A stretch of DNA of 64,000 nucleotides from Balanoglossus misakiensis (Eukaryota; Animalia; Hemichordata). The notes beneath the pieces are model-generated. The model was not told the origin of the DNA. It ran no database searches and saw only the letters and a list, made by a program, of their open reading frames with translations. The stretch is from contig CM082578.2 in assembly GCA_040954595.2 (NCBI GenBank), positions 974,831 to 1,038,830 of the forward strand. The letters are read 5' to 3'. Each line of letters opens with the position of its first letter. Within the stretch, counting starts at the first letter, position 1. Shown piece after piece: positions 20,090-34,218 of the stretch. The translations under genes were made by a program, and so were the position numbers.

Positions 20090-22351
20090 TATGTAAGAAT
20101 TGTTTGCCTGTTGTTTTATCCATTAGCTCTGCTGATGCTGCAGCTGTAGTTATTGAAGATGCAGTCTAGAATGGTACTTTTGATACAGCTGAATATTCGG
20201 TCGACGCTGAGACATTACAAGTTGAAAGTACAATATTCTGTTCCAATGGTAGTGTTCTTGTTGGAGAAGAATGTGGTGAGTGCCTATACTCCTCAGTTGT
20301 TATGTACTTTAACCCTTTCACTCCCAGTTTCCTCTATAGAGGTAAAACCTTACCATAGAAAACAATTGGTTTGGACTGAACCATGGTGGTGAAAGGATTA
20401 AAACTGTGTCCAAAATTAATATTATAAAAAGGTGTAGATGTTAATATGTTTATATCACCTGATATGACCTGTTAGGTGGGCCGTATTGCTGCGAGTGTGG
20501 TTGTGAGTCGCAGTGTACAAATCAAAGACAAGTGTGAGTGGTAAATACAACCCAACCAAGAGGTGATATAAGGAAATAATTGATTTGATATGCTCATACC
20601 AAGGAGGGACAAAGTCTCTTTCTCGCTGCCCTTTTTCCATTAATTATGTTTGATAGAAGACACAGTTAATGTTATTCTACATGTGGATATATAGTGAATC
20701 AACATTCAACCACACACAACTGCCATCCCACTTGTAGACACAAGAGTGAAAAACTGGCCAAAATGAATGCTGTGTGTTACAATTGTAGTTGTGTTTTAAA
20801 CCATTAATGCATAATGATCAGTACATGAACAATGTATACATCTGCCTTCAACATTTTGTATTTCCACAGTATTGTGTCCTGAAGGGTCATACCATGACAC
20901 TGAGCTGAGTCAGTGCCATCCTTGTGCAATTGGATATTATCAACCCCTTGAAGGACAAACAGCATGCAATGCCTGTCCAAATAATGGAGTCACCAGGGGA
21001 AAGAGATCATTATCCATCTTGCAGTGTTTTGGTATGTATAACAGAAGGCAATATCTCCTCCTCGTCCACAGCCATAGCCTAGTATCTAGCTGTATTTTGT
21101 CCGCTTTGCTTCCAAAACTAGCGTCTAGCCTCACTCATGCCACTGGCCCGATAAAACCCCATACCCCTTGCCGGGAATTGTGACGTATATATCAAATTAT
21201 TGTGGTGTGATTCAATATGGAAAGAATGACAATTGGAATGTTCATCTCTTTGGTTGAAAAAATAATTTTTCAACAATGATGTCTATTGCAGAGAGGTGCG
21301 ATGTTGGTCACTACTTTGACAACGGGACTTCTCAGTGCCAAAGCTGCCCCATTGGATTCTGGCAATCAGAAGAAGGAAAGTTTGTGTGTAATACTTGCCC
21401 AAAGGGAATGCTTACATTAGTTGAAGGAGCTACTGATGAGTCACAATGTCAGGGTAGGTACTTGTGTTATTTGCTATTCTTGACTATCAATCACATGATC
21501 TGGCCATGTGACGTACCCATGGCGTTATCATTTGTAAGTGACAGGCAAGCAATATTTCGGCATCCAGTAAACTTTTTTCCGAGTAGGTTTTTACTTTAGA
21601 ACCGCCAGATATGCAACATATTCAACAGTTTAACAAATTCACGTGAGTGAAAAGCAGATTATCGTGAATATCAAAAAATTAATCTTCTCAATTACAGAGG
21701 TATGTAAATCAGTGGGAGTCCAACTTAGTGTCAATGGGTCTTGTGAGTCGTGTCCCATGGGAACCTATCGATCAAATGCTGAACTTCAGCCATCTTGTAT
21801 GCCGTGCCCATTTGGCTTCACCACAAGAACAGTCGGTTCAACCTTAAGTGAAGATTGTAATGTTCGTAAGTATTATGTATACAACTTTTCATGTTGTATC
21901 TCAACTGTACTGAACTGAAGGTTGTATTATTGTGCCTCAGTTGTTCAGAATAATGATAGTCCTCCAATTTTATTCTATGCTCTTTTTCCATTCCATCAAC
22001 AGCTTACTGCAATGTTGGTTGGTACTTGAATCAGGAGTCCTATAGATGTGAGAAATGCCCTGTTGGAACATATAACTATGACTGGTAAACGCCATACAGC
22101 ATTACAATCAACAAATAGTAAAAAAAAATAAAAAAGTAAACAAAAAACAGGAAAACATTTTAAAAATACAAATAAAATTATGAAACTACTAAAAATACGT
22201 CACAATTCCCGGCAAGGGGTATGGGGTTTTATCGGGCCAGTGGCATGAGTGAGGCTAGACGCTAGTTTTGGAAGCAAAGCGGACAAAATACGGCTAGATA
22301 CTAGGCTATGGCTGTGGACGAGGAGGAGATATTGCCTTCTGTTATACATAC

Positions 22352-25300
22352 CAAAACACTGCAAGATGGATAATGATCTCTTTCCCCTGGTGACTCCATT
22401 ATTTGGACAGGCATTGCATGCTGTTTGTCCTTCAAGGGGTTGATAATATCCAATTGCACAAGGATGGCACTGACTCAGCTCAGTGTCATGGTACGACCCT
22501 TCAGGACACAATACTGTGGAAATACAAAATGTTGAAGGCAGATGTATACATTGTTCATGTACTGATCATTATGCATTAATGGTTTAAAACACAACTACAA
22601 TTGTAACACACAGCATTCATTTTGGCCAGTTTTTCACTCTTGTGTCTACAAGTGGGATGGCAGTTGTGTGTGGTTGAATGTTGATTCACTATATATCCAC
22701 ATGTAGAATAACATTAACTGTGTCTTCTATCAAACATAATTAATGGAAAAAGGGCAGCGAGAAAGAGACTATGTCCCTCCTTGGTATGAGCATATCAAAT
22801 CAATTATTTCCTTATATCACCTCTTGGTTGGGTTGTATTTACCACTCACACTTGTCTTTGATTTGTACACTGCGACTCACAACCACACTCGCAGCAATAC
22901 GGCCCACCTAACAGGTCATATCAGGCGATATAAACATATTAACATCTACACCTTTTTATAATATTAATTTTGGACACAGTTTTAATCCTTTCACCACCAT
23001 GGTTCAGTCCAAACCAATTGTTTTCTATGGTAAGGTTTTACCTCTATAGAGGAAACTGGGAGTGAAAGGGTTAAAGTACATAACAACTGAGGAGTATAGG
23101 CACTCACCACATTCTTCTCCAACAAGAACACTACCATTGGAACAGAATATTGTACTTTCAACTTGTAATGTCTCAGCGTCGACCGAATATTCAGCTGTAT
23201 CAAAAGTACCATTCTAGACTGCATCTTCAATAACTACAGCTGCAGCATCAGCAGAGCTAATGGATAAAACAACAGGCAAACAATTCTTACATATGCCACA
23301 TTACAATACCAACCAGAAGTGTGTACTGTAAACTGGGTTGTTTTCACGACAGGAAATTTTCGCGATATTAAAAGAGGCGACTGTTACGTGAGGACGAATT
23401 TCAATAGAACAGAAGGGGAATAAAATACTCGAAAAATAACAATTACTACTCACGCATTGGTTGTGAAACTGAACTGAACCACAAGCTGAGTATCAGCCTG
23501 TCTCTTTCTTCGGTTTGAGGCGCCGCAGGTTATTTCAAGGTCATCAAAGTTGCATTCACCGCCACAAATACCAAACAAATCATTCAGATAGTTGATAGTG
23601 TTCATAAAACTGATCCTCAATTGCTGGATGACACCATTGTTACATGTACCAGCCTGTGAATTGTATGACACGCCACAATTCACTCCACGTTGAGTCTTCC
23701 CAGGAGCTGCAGTAGAACAATACAAACAAACAAATTTTGTTAAAGATGCAATTTTCAATCTAGCGAACGATGTATTGACTTAGACTGCGAAACCGCTTAG
23801 CCAATCAGGAAAGTTACAGCTGCTTACCCAGAACAAAATATTAAGAAAATAGCTCAAATGTACTGGAGCTTTATATTGGGGTAAGCAGATATGATGTTAA
23901 CAAATTATCTACCTGTAATCACAACCTTGACATACTGTAAAGCAAGAATTTGCATTACTCATATTTCTCTTTTCATTTATAACTAAAAGAAAATTGTCTC
24001 AATGCTGGAATACCCCCTCTCACAACTCTCTCTCTTTGGAGAATTTTCTGAATGTGCATGTGCAACCTGATTATATTTCTTTACTGATACCAAATCATTT
24101 TTTTCTCACCTGAACATCCAGAGAAGGTGAATTCCTCGTCTGGATTCTCAGGATTAAAAGATCCTTCACTATGGCAGAGATAGTAAGGTGCTGGCAGGCT
24201 TGCAAACTTGTATCCTGGTAAACAATCCACCTGACAGAACACACCCGACTCAAACTCATTACAGATGGAAATACCTTTAACTGGTGGTGCTGGCTTTTCA
24301 CAATCAAATGCTGTAAAAGAAAGGAGAACACAGTTTATTTGTCTATATATATATTTTTAATTTTATTTCATCTATCATCCAACAGGCAAATGCTGTCCAA
24401 ATGTCTGTGTCTCATATATCATCCAACAGGCAAATACTACCCAAATGTCCTGGTCTAGGTAACGAACCCACAACCCTAGCCACTAGGGCACAATGCCTCT
24501 TTTACCAGGTTCACACAGGGTAAAATTTGAGACACTATTTGCCAGTGCTAACCACAGAGCATTAATCCTTTGAGTCATGTTGTGTCCACACACACAAAGT
24601 TTATGTATGGGCGCTGAGGCTCGGCCCCATAGACAATGGGTTGCGGAGAGGTGTTAATCCTTACACCGGCTCAGGTCTGGCTGGCAGAGCCGTCTCAAAT
24701 CTGAGACGTTTCAGGACCACTTACACCGTCCACACATGTTTTTTAAGACAGTATCAATTCTGAGATGCTTCAGAACTGTCTTAATGGTGTATGTGTGACA
24801 CCCATATTTATTACACAGTCAAATCTTTTAAACAGAACACCAACGCATTAACATGTTTCTATGTAAAAGGGACTAGGAAAAGCTGTTGGTTGAAGAGAGG
24901 TTTCCCGATTAGACAGGGTTTGTTTTAGACGGGTTTGAGTGTCCTTGTATGTTTTGAATGATGTTGTTATAATTTTTGATAGTTACATAGGGACAAAAGT
25001 GATAATGATGCAATCATATTACTGTAAAACGGCAAATTTTCCCAAACTTCGGCAAAAAAGAAGAAGAAAATAAAGTCGCATAAAATGTTTTTCAGAGATA
25101 ACAGAGTAGTTAGTAAAATACTAGAATGCGGAAATTTAATTCTCGTGTCACAGTTGCCTCTTTTGATATATTGCAAAATATTTTCTGTCACGAAAATGTC
25201 CCGTTTTACAGTATGTGACAAGACATAACAAGGGGTAGAGATGACAATTTGTCAAGATATTAATTAATTTTTAAAGTTTATGTATGAATGATAAAAAAAT

Positions 25301-27866
25301 TCACTCACGCAGTACATAGAGTAAAAAGTTGCACTGTGCATTGTTGCCAGCTGTATCTGAAGCAACATAGCTGATCTGGTAGGTTCCCCAGGAAAAGGTG
25401 TCACCTGTAAGAACAAAATTACGCACATCATTACAGGCATGGGTGCTAAAGCCAAAATAGCTTCCGTTTCTTGAATGTTTTTCATGATTTTCTTTTCAAA
25501 CTTAGAATGGTCCATTTAAGTGAGCTATCTGGTGGGTATACACAGGCATATTATCAACTCCTGATTGTGACTGTACATATAAACATGAACAAGATATGTA
25601 TACTAAACAGATATGGTGCCGCACACGTTTATTCAACTGCCCATTGTAAGAGAACACAACATTTGTGGTATGGGTATCCCCAGTAGTAGTGGAGAATATT
25701 AAGTACTTTACTGATTAAAGGCCTTGCTCAACAGTTGGTCAAATCTTTTGTTTCCAATACACAATTACGTGCAAACACAAATGCTTTCGAGTTTTAACTT
25801 CATTGTACTGCCCTGGGATCGAGGAAAGGGCCTATAAACATATGGTAATAGTATCAGCAATTGAGGCTTTAATACTTGGAAGCAAGATCATCTGTCGCAC
25901 ATAGGATGTGCTAGCCATATATGAGTAACGGCCACAAGAATACACTGTACCAGTATGCTTCATACTGACCATAATCTTAGGAAAGTTGTCTCAGCTTGTT
26001 GGTTTCTGTTTAGATCAACTCCCCACCCCACCCCGATAAAAAAAACTTAGTTAGTGTGAATGTTATATATTATCTATAATCAGAAATGATATTTTATAGG
26101 AAACTTACCCATTGTGTAGGTTTGTGTCACATTGGCAATGGCGACATCATCTGTAAATATAGGCTCCTGCCATACTCCTGTTGTCAAGCTATTAGGACTA
26201 ATTATACGGGTCGTATTGGGACAGTAAATGACTTCAGGAGCGTGTTTATCTGAAGAAAAAAAAGTGAAAGAATAACAAATGTTTGTAAATTAAACAACTG
26301 GTCCACACCCCCTATGTATACACTGGTACATTTAGGTAAATGCACTACTAGATGTTAATATCTGTCACATATTCATGAGAAATCCAGATATTGTTAAGTG
26401 CTTGTTTTCTGATACATGTGAATAGACTAGATCACTGTCAAGAAACACTACAAGATAGGACAGGAGTCATGAGATGGTATCCATAGGCATAATAACTGAT
26501 ATGATCAATTACACTCATGATAAGCCTAGTTCTTGGAACAGCAGAAACTGATGATGATGATGGTGATGATGATGACGATAATGATGATGATGGTGATGGT
26601 GGTGGTGGTGGTGATGATGATTATGATGATGATGATGGTGGTTGTGAATAGTATCATTACATTCAGTGTTAAATACATGTACGGTAGAAACAAAAAGAGT
26701 GAGCGATACAGGCATGGGCAGATGATGATTCCCTATACTTCCTAAAGTAGGGAGATTGCATGCTGTTTTATTGGAGTACAACACACAGCAGCTAGGGGCT
26801 GGTGAATGTACACAGGAAAAACTACTCAAAATTTCACACAGTTTTTCCTGGACAGACACAACATTACAAGGAGAGCTGTGTTAAAGTAAGGATTTAGGAT
26901 TAATCAACTCTGTGACCCAATTTCTCCTCGTCAGATTATGCATAAAATTGTTTGATAGTAATGAATAAGGCTATTTACCAACAGGTGTGCATGGTGAACC
27001 AGAGTAACCAATTGGGCACCTGGTACTTCCACAAGCTGATGGCTGGATTTTGACCACACTACCCAATAACTCTTGATCCATTTCAACCCACATGACATGA
27101 TTGCCAAGTGGACTTTGTGAACAGTTCAAAGCCAGACTCTGGATTTCAACATGAGTCAATACATAATCGTATACATTCATCTGTGTAACATCACCATGGA
27201 AGCTAAAATAGTTGTCAAGGAGTCCATTTTCGTCATAGCTTTGACCAAGAATTACCATACAGCTGTTGAAAAACAAGAGAATAATGAATTCATTAAAAGT
27301 GCTGGTAAGAAGTTGTCAAAAATAAACTGTGAAAATCAGTATCGTTCCGCATAAGTTTGAATTTGAAAGTGCCACGAAGATAGCTTTGCTGATGTCCATA
27401 GTTTGCTCCCTTGATTTTTTTGGCCAGTTTTGTTGTAAGTCGCAACATGTTATGATGATATTGTATTGTCATGTAGGAGTAAGACAAGCTACCTAGCAGA
27501 TAAGTTACAAACAAGATAACTGCTTCACAAATAAATGGTTCACTTCTCTTGAGGCTTGGGAAAACTTGACAGTATAGGAAAATATAGAATTTTAACATGA
27601 GATGATGACAATTTTCTATGGCTTTGTAGGAGTTAAAAATGTTCGGAGTTCCACTAGCAACTTACTTTTCTGAGTCAGCGATACCTGTCCAGGATGGAAG
27701 GGGTGATGTTACTGCAACACCATTCAAGTAAACTGCCACAATGCCTTCTTCAATTACCATGACAACATTATGCCACGAGTTGTCATCAACTGATACGGTT
27801 ACACCATTTGTACTGACAGATAGACTTCTGTCCAGGACAAGAAGGGTACTATCAACTTGGGTTAAG
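22352..27866 (-). pseudogene. Inverted duplicate of the SVEP1-like gene fragment (8 exons)
   Basis: Exons 27866-27666, 27262-26979, 26249-26109, 25404-25309, 24310-24110, 23706-23454, 23256-23108 (same premature TAG at 23214-23216) and 22513-22352. Confidence 0.85.
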
Positions 27867-28103
27867 CTGCCAAGAAATTCAAAACAGAGATTAGACATAA
27901 ATCGGTGCATCAGCTGGTACTTTTGGGAAATTATCACACTTTTTTCAAACTGCACCACCTTTAGCCCATACAGAAGTATGCACTGAACTATGTACAAGTA
28001 TTATGAACCCTAAGTATGAGTGCATATGCAAGTTTAAACCAGACAAATAATAAATCTTCGCCGCAAAGGAATATGGTCGCCACCGTGAGAAAATGCAAAA
28101 TAC

Positions 28104-31100
28104 AATTAAAGCTGCAAGCAGCGTTGGCGGGGCACAAGCGGTTCCCATGGTAACAAGCAAATGCCAAGGCTGTATCTGCTGTGGATACCAAGATATTGGA
28201 AAGTAGGTCAAAGGTCACCTGAGGTCACCCCAAATTTGGGCAAAAAAAATCGGACCCCATACTAGTCTAGGTCCAACAAAAACCAAACACCTAGCTCTAT
28301 TGGTTCGCCTAGAATTAGGTATGCGCATAATTAATGAGGTCTTGTGTAAGACTCCATATCTGCTCCATCGGCCCTCCAAAAGCCAGGACTCTAACTGCTG
28401 TGGATGCTGAGATATGGGAAATTAGATCAAAGGTCATCCAAGGTCACCCAAAATTTGGGCATAAAATTTTGACCCCAGAGTGGGCCATGTCCAACTAAAA
28501 CCAGACCTCTAGCCCTATTGGTTAGCCTGGAATTAGATATGCAGAAAAATGATGTTTCAGAAATAGGTCAAGGGTCATTGCCAAAATTACCAAAATAGTT
28601 GTGTCATGTCCTGGCAGCATTGGTACCCATGTCCACAAAATTCATGACTGTGGTGCTTTTACAAGAGGAGGTATGGGGAATATGCATATATAATTAGTTG
28701 TTTTAAAACTGGGTCAAAGGTCATGTCAAAATTGCCACGAAAAATTGTAACAACTTCCGGTCATATGATGACTCATATCCAAAAAAAGAATTTACGTGCT
28801 GTCAACATTTTGGCTACAAAACAGAATTTTCATTTTTCAATGGTTTTCCGAAAATCCAACATGGCCGCCATAATGATCGACCAATCACAGTGCGCTTCGC
28901 AAACTTGATAAACATAGGTTAGGTGACCACATACCCCGAATCCCGTGACTCGGCAATCGCTGGTTCTGGAGAAGAAGATTTTTAAAGTTTTAAGTAGTTT
29001 TTCAGAAAAACAATTGTAGCAAAAAAACTTTGTGTGACGTCATGATTTCAATGGGGTAAAATGATGGACATAATGCTGTGTTTTATCCCATGACATATCA
29101 AGGTTATATCTATGTTTGGTGCTGATATTGTGTTAAGTAGGTCAAAGGTCATCTGAGGTCACCCAAATTTTGGGCAGAAAATTTTGACCCATAGTGGTGC
29201 ATGTCCAACAAAAACCAGACCTCTAGCCCTTTTGGTTAGCCCGGAATTAGGTATGCACATAAATAATGAGTTAAGCAGGTGTCATAGGTGACCCAAAACT
29301 TTGGCTTTTCATTATGGCCCCATACCTCCAAACGCCAAGGCTGTATCTGCTGTGGATGTCGAGATATGCAAAAATAGGTCAAAGGTCATCTGAGGTCACC
29401 CAAAATTTGGGCAGAAAATTTTGACCCATAGTGGTCCATGTCCAACAAAAACCAGACCTCTAGCCCTTTTGGTTAGCCCAGAATTAGGTATGCACATAAA
29501 TAATGAGTTAAGCAGGTGTCACAGGTGAGCCAAAACTTTGGCTTTTCATTATGGCCCCATACCTCCAAACGCCAAGGCTGTATCTGCGGTGGATGTCAAG
29601 TTATGCAAAAGTAGGTCAAAGGTCACCCGAGGTCACCCAACATTTGGGCAAAATATTTTGACCCCATACTGGTCCATGTATAACAAAAACAAAACCTCTA
29701 GCCCTTTTGGTTAGCCCAGAATTAGGTATGCACATAAATAATTAGTCAAGCAGGTGTCACAGGTCACTCAAAACTTTGTCTTTTCCGTATGGCCCCATAC
29801 ATGTACCTCCAAACGCCAAGGCTGTATCTGCTGTGGACGTCGAGATATGCAAAAGTAGGTCAAAGGTCACCCGAGGTCACCCAACATTTGGGCAAAATAT
29901 TTTGACCCCATACTGGTCCATGTATAACAAAAACAAAACCTCTAGGTCTATTGGTTCATCTGTAATTAGATATGTGCATATTTAATGAGGTCAGCAGAGG
30001 TCATGAAAAGTAGCAAAATTTTTTGATCACATACAAATCCACATACATCAAACACCAAACTTATAGCCCTATTGGTTAGCCTGGAATTAGATATGCAGAA
30101 AAATGATGCGTCAAAGGTAGGTCAAAGGTCATTGCCAAAATTACCAAAATATTTATAGCTTATTCTTGTCATATGATGATTCATATCCATAAAAAGAATT
30201 TCTGTGCTAACAATTTTTAGGCTAGAAAGGGAGTTTTTACTTTTTAATCGTTTTTCACAAAATCCAATATGGCCGCCATAATCTTCGACCAATCACATTC
30301 TTCTTAGCAAACTTGATAGACATCTGTTTAATGACCACACACACCAAATCTTGTGACTCGGTTATCGCCGGTTCTTGAGAAGAAGATTTTTGAAATTTTA
30401 CTAGGGTTTTTCGAAAATCCAATATGGCCGCCAAAATCTTCGACCAATCACAATGATCTTCGCAAACTTGATAGACATCAGTTAGGTGACCACATACACC
30501 AAACCCTGTGTCTCGGTTATCACCGGTTCTGGAGAAGAAGATTTTTGAAATTTAAGCCAGATTTCAGAAAAAAAATTGTAGCAAAAAACTGCAACTTTGT
30601 CAGCATAATTTTCAATTACAAAAATGATGGGCAGTAGGTAGTCTACCAACATGCCAAATTTGAAGTCGATCTAACTTGTAGTTTCTGAGATCTGAGATTT
30701 GCATTTTTTCAGAAAATCCAGGATGGCCGCCAGGTCACGTGACTAATTAAAAATTCAAGGGTTCAATGCACGACTACTCATTGACCTTGACCACTGTAGC
30801 AAGTTTCAGAAGTGTACCTGCAGCGGTGTCTGAGATCTCGTGGGTCAAAGAATTGACACAAGAATAAAGAAAGAAAGAAAAATTCCAACGAAACCAATAC
30901 GGGCCCAAGCCTGGCTTGGCTTGGGCCCGTAAAAATTCCAACGAAACCAATATGGGCCCAAGCCTGGCTTGGCTTGGGCCCGTAAAAAAACCCAACGAAA
31001 CCAATACGGGCCCAAGCCTGGCTTGGCTTGGGCCCGTAAAAATTCCAACGAAACCAATAGGGCCCAAGCGCTTGCTTGCGCTTGGGCCCTAAAAATTCCA

Positions 31101-31539
31101 ACGAAACCAATAGGGCCCAAGCGCTTCCTTGCGCTTGGGCCCTAAAAATTCCAACGAAACCAATAGGGCCCAAGCGCTTGCGTGCGCTTGGGCCCTAAAA
31201 AGGAAAGAAAGAAAGAAAGACTGAAAAACCCCAACGAAACCAATAGGGCCCAAGCGCTGGTGTGCGCTTGGGCCCTAAAAAATTAAAACGAAACCAATAG
31301 GGCCCAAGCGCTTGCGTGCGCTTGGGCCCTAAAAATTCCAACGAAACCAATAGGGCCCAAGCGCTTGCGTGCGCTTGGGCCCTAAAGAAAGACAGAAAAA
31401 CCCCAACGAAACCAATAGGGCCCAAGCGCTGGTATGCACTTGGGCCCTAAAAAAACCCAACGAAACCAATAGGGCTCAAGCGCTGGTATGCGCTTGGGCC
31501 CTAAAAAACCCCAACAAGCCTGGCTTGGCTTGGGCCCGT
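28104..31539 (+). mobile_element. Fused pair of non-autonomous Helentrons (mirror of 6664-14651)
   Basis: Starts aattaaagctgcaagcagcgttggcggggcacaagc. A 300-bp deletion at ~29070 removes the junction between the two HINEs. Ends in a hairpin array. Confidence 0.9.
30875..31539. repeat. Array of 12 Helentron terminal hairpin modules
   Basis: Unit CCAACGAAACCAATA-(c)GGGCCCAAGC-loop-GCTTGGGCCC. The outermost unit is partial and followed by AATT. Confidence 0.9.
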
Positions 31540-32363
31540 AATTAGTTTGAGTCCCGGGTTTGACTGCTCCAGCTAAAGCATACGTCAAATGAAAAATACA
31601 TGGAGGATTTGGATAGGGGATTTGACCTTTGACATCAAGCACTCTGAGTTCGTATGAGCTGAGGCGTAACCTTTGAGCCCAATAAAAGTACAACTAACTG
31701 TCTAAAAGAAACGAAATATCATGAGACTCCCCAGTACAGCATGTGTATGACCGGTCCAGCCGTGTGTACACCCCTTTTACAGGGCTGTGTGAAATACGAC
31801 TGGTCCAGCCGTGTGTACGTGCACACCTGTTACAGGGCTGTGTGAAATACGACTGGTCCAGCGTGTGTACGTACACCCCTGGTACAGGGCTGTGTGAAAA
31901 AGGGTATGACACAGGACTTTTTCTCACACATCTTATTCATATGTAACATCATTTCTTTTTACATAGCTGGTACAGAGTCTGTGTGCCAACATAGCTGGTA
32001 CACGACTGTGTAAATCCATGCGACAGACATGATAATAGTACAGGGCTGTAAGGGGTTTCCTGTGTACGTGTAGTCTAAAAATATAAATTTCATGATTTGT
32101 GAACTATTTGTACGAGTTTTAGCAATGATAGCAAATATGTCGTTAATGGAAAGACAGTACTTGTGGATTCAAGCGAAGATGGTGAATCAGGGCCGTGACA
32201 GGTTCATTACCACCCGTAACGTTATGTATTTTTGTTATATGCATCAGTTATACGGTATCTTTTTCGGTTTTCTAAATCAAGATCACATGCTTACAGTATT
32301 AATAAAACCAATGTCTCCAAACACGCAGGTACCAATCGCAGTGCAACCGTTGATATCTTACAG

Positions 32364-32454
32364 GTATAGAAATGGGCACATGGGTTTATGGGATGACAAA
32401 TACTGCGACGTCAAACCAAAGGGCTTCGTCTGTGGAATTCCAGGTGCGCGGTGA
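32364..32454 (+). pseudogene. Duplicate of the C-type lectin terminal exon
   Basis: Mirror of 5749-5839. Confidence 0.7.
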
Positions 32455-33847
32455 ATATAGTCATCAAATTAAAAATACACAAAGTTGGAACTCATGTTGT
32501 GACTTTATTGTTACATGGAGGCTAACGGATCGACATTTTGCTTACACTAGAGACCACATAATAACAAGGGGAATTTGCATGATTTTTAATTTTTGAGTTT
32601 TCACTGAGTCCATATTGTTTTTATTTTTCGTCTTTCCAGATACGTACTGCTTAAGTCTTCAAATCAGAGGATAAATGTAAACATGATATAGCCAGCACCA
32701 AGGCAATGACATGACGGTGATGATGTAATAGAAAGACAAATCCATTCTCGATCTAGTACTGTTCATGATTCAACAATGAGTTCATTAAAATGTGCATGGC
32801 CGCCCGTAGTTATACAAATTAATACTTTTGCGCTGTTTACTTAGTTGAGATGCATTGTGATCAACCCAATTGCTTACTCTTTATTGTGTGTATTTAAAGG
32901 GCCAGCGCCATGCCCATACCCACAACACGTAAAATCACTCTTTCGATGGTGAAGTCGACGTCTGTTGCCGTCTAGAATCCCACATTGCCCAATACGTTTT
33001 AATAATTTTCAAGCAAAACTGCCGCGTGGGCGTGTACCTCAAAGCCAGTCCAGTCGTCATTTATCGCTCTTCCGAATTTCAAGTGACAGCTTATCTTAAT
33101 TAATAGAATCATGAATTTGACCTGCATGTTCTGTTTAGCGTTTATCTCACTACAGGCGACAAGGCTGCCAAGTGCGCATGCGTCATTCTCAGGCTTTGTC
33201 ATAACCTTTCCGGCTACTTTGTGAACTTGGCAATATGGCTCCCAAAACTGCAAAGTCCAGTACATTGATTTTTCGACGCTTGGGGAGACTTATCAAGCAA
33301 CATGTATGAAAATTCACTTTTATAGAAGAAAGGGCAACAAGAGTGTTGTCCTTACATTGTACGGCGGTACCCACGTCACAAGAAAACGTTTGTATTTTAA
33401 TTCTCGATACCTCAGGATTTGTCTTTGCGCTAGGGGTGTCCTCTTATAAAACGGCAACGGGCCACTCTCGTCCTTTTCAGGAATAGCCAAGAATAAGCAA
33501 AGGTAAAGACGGCGCCACATTCTACATCTGATTTTAATCTGATTGATGTCAACGGTTACCGGACTGGTATATCCACATGGGCTGTCGACTAAAGGGTCGA
33601 GTAAACATTAAAAACCAAATATTGCGGATGACCATTCACTGGTTATGGCATTTTTTATTTCTTTAGGGGCGGTTCAGATTTTACGGTTGGAAGTGGGGGG
33701 GGGGGGGTCGGCAAGTTTGTGTCATCGGTTTTCAAAATCAAGCAGAACCCCCTTTCACCCAGGACCAACAAATGATGACCCCCCCCCCCCCTTTGACGGG
33801 CAAAAAATACGAAGACCCCCGGAAAACATCACACAGCCACTTGTGGA

Positions 33848-34218
33848 GTGAAAAAGCTTGTTGTCAAAGTACACCTAGCAGGAAGAGACTCGTCCATGAG
33901 AGGATTCAAAATTGGACCAGTGAACCTGAAGTTAGAGAGCACTGCCTTTCGAGAAAATATATATGTTGGCCCAATAGGAGACACCATGCTGCTGGGAGTA
34001 GACCAACTTCGATCCAAGCAGGTCATCCTCCACATGCGAGAAAACTTCCTCCAGGTGGGAGAACAGCATGTCCCGTTGCTGCAAGGGGACCAGACCACTG
34101 TGGCACGTGGCTTACATATCAGTCGCTCCATGCACTATCCTGTCTCCGAACTCCGTGACCAGGGTGACAGGGACAATCGACATGGACATGCCCGACTACA
34201 TAGTGGAACCAGTGAAAC
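33848..34218 (+). mobile_element. Duplicate of the Gypsy-like pol fragment (truncated)
   Basis: Mirror of 3982-4352. Confidence 0.65.

Larger units (their letters stand above)
3982..21188 (+). repeat. Left arm of large inverted duplication
   Basis: Reverse complement of 22195-34218 apart from discrete indels and scattered SNPs. ORFs are mirrored, e.g. 20872-21183/22200-22511, 15479-15784/26971-27276, 5749-6111/32092-32454. Confidence 0.98.
14889..22085 (+). pseudogene. Fragment of an SVEP1-like extracellular protein gene (pentraxin/LamG, HYR, sushi, SEA-like, ephrin-receptor-like Cys repeats)
   Basis: Phase-compatible GT-AG exons: 14889-15089 and 15493-15776 (pentraxin: ILGQ..FHGDVTQMNVYD); 16506-16646 and 17351-17446 (HYR: DKHAPEVIYCP..WQEPIFTD..ASDTAGNNAQCNF); 18446-18646 (sushi); 19050-19302; 20127-20275 (in-frame TAG at 20167); 20870-21031, 21292-21453, 21698-21865 and 22003-~22085 (CxxCPxGxY repeats, last one truncated). 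Confidence 0.85.

Noticed and set aside
14889-22085. Functional SVEP1 orthologue
   Set aside because: Premature stop, no 5' exons and a truncated last exon. The domain mix is SVEP1-like but orthology cannot be shown, so no symbol is given.
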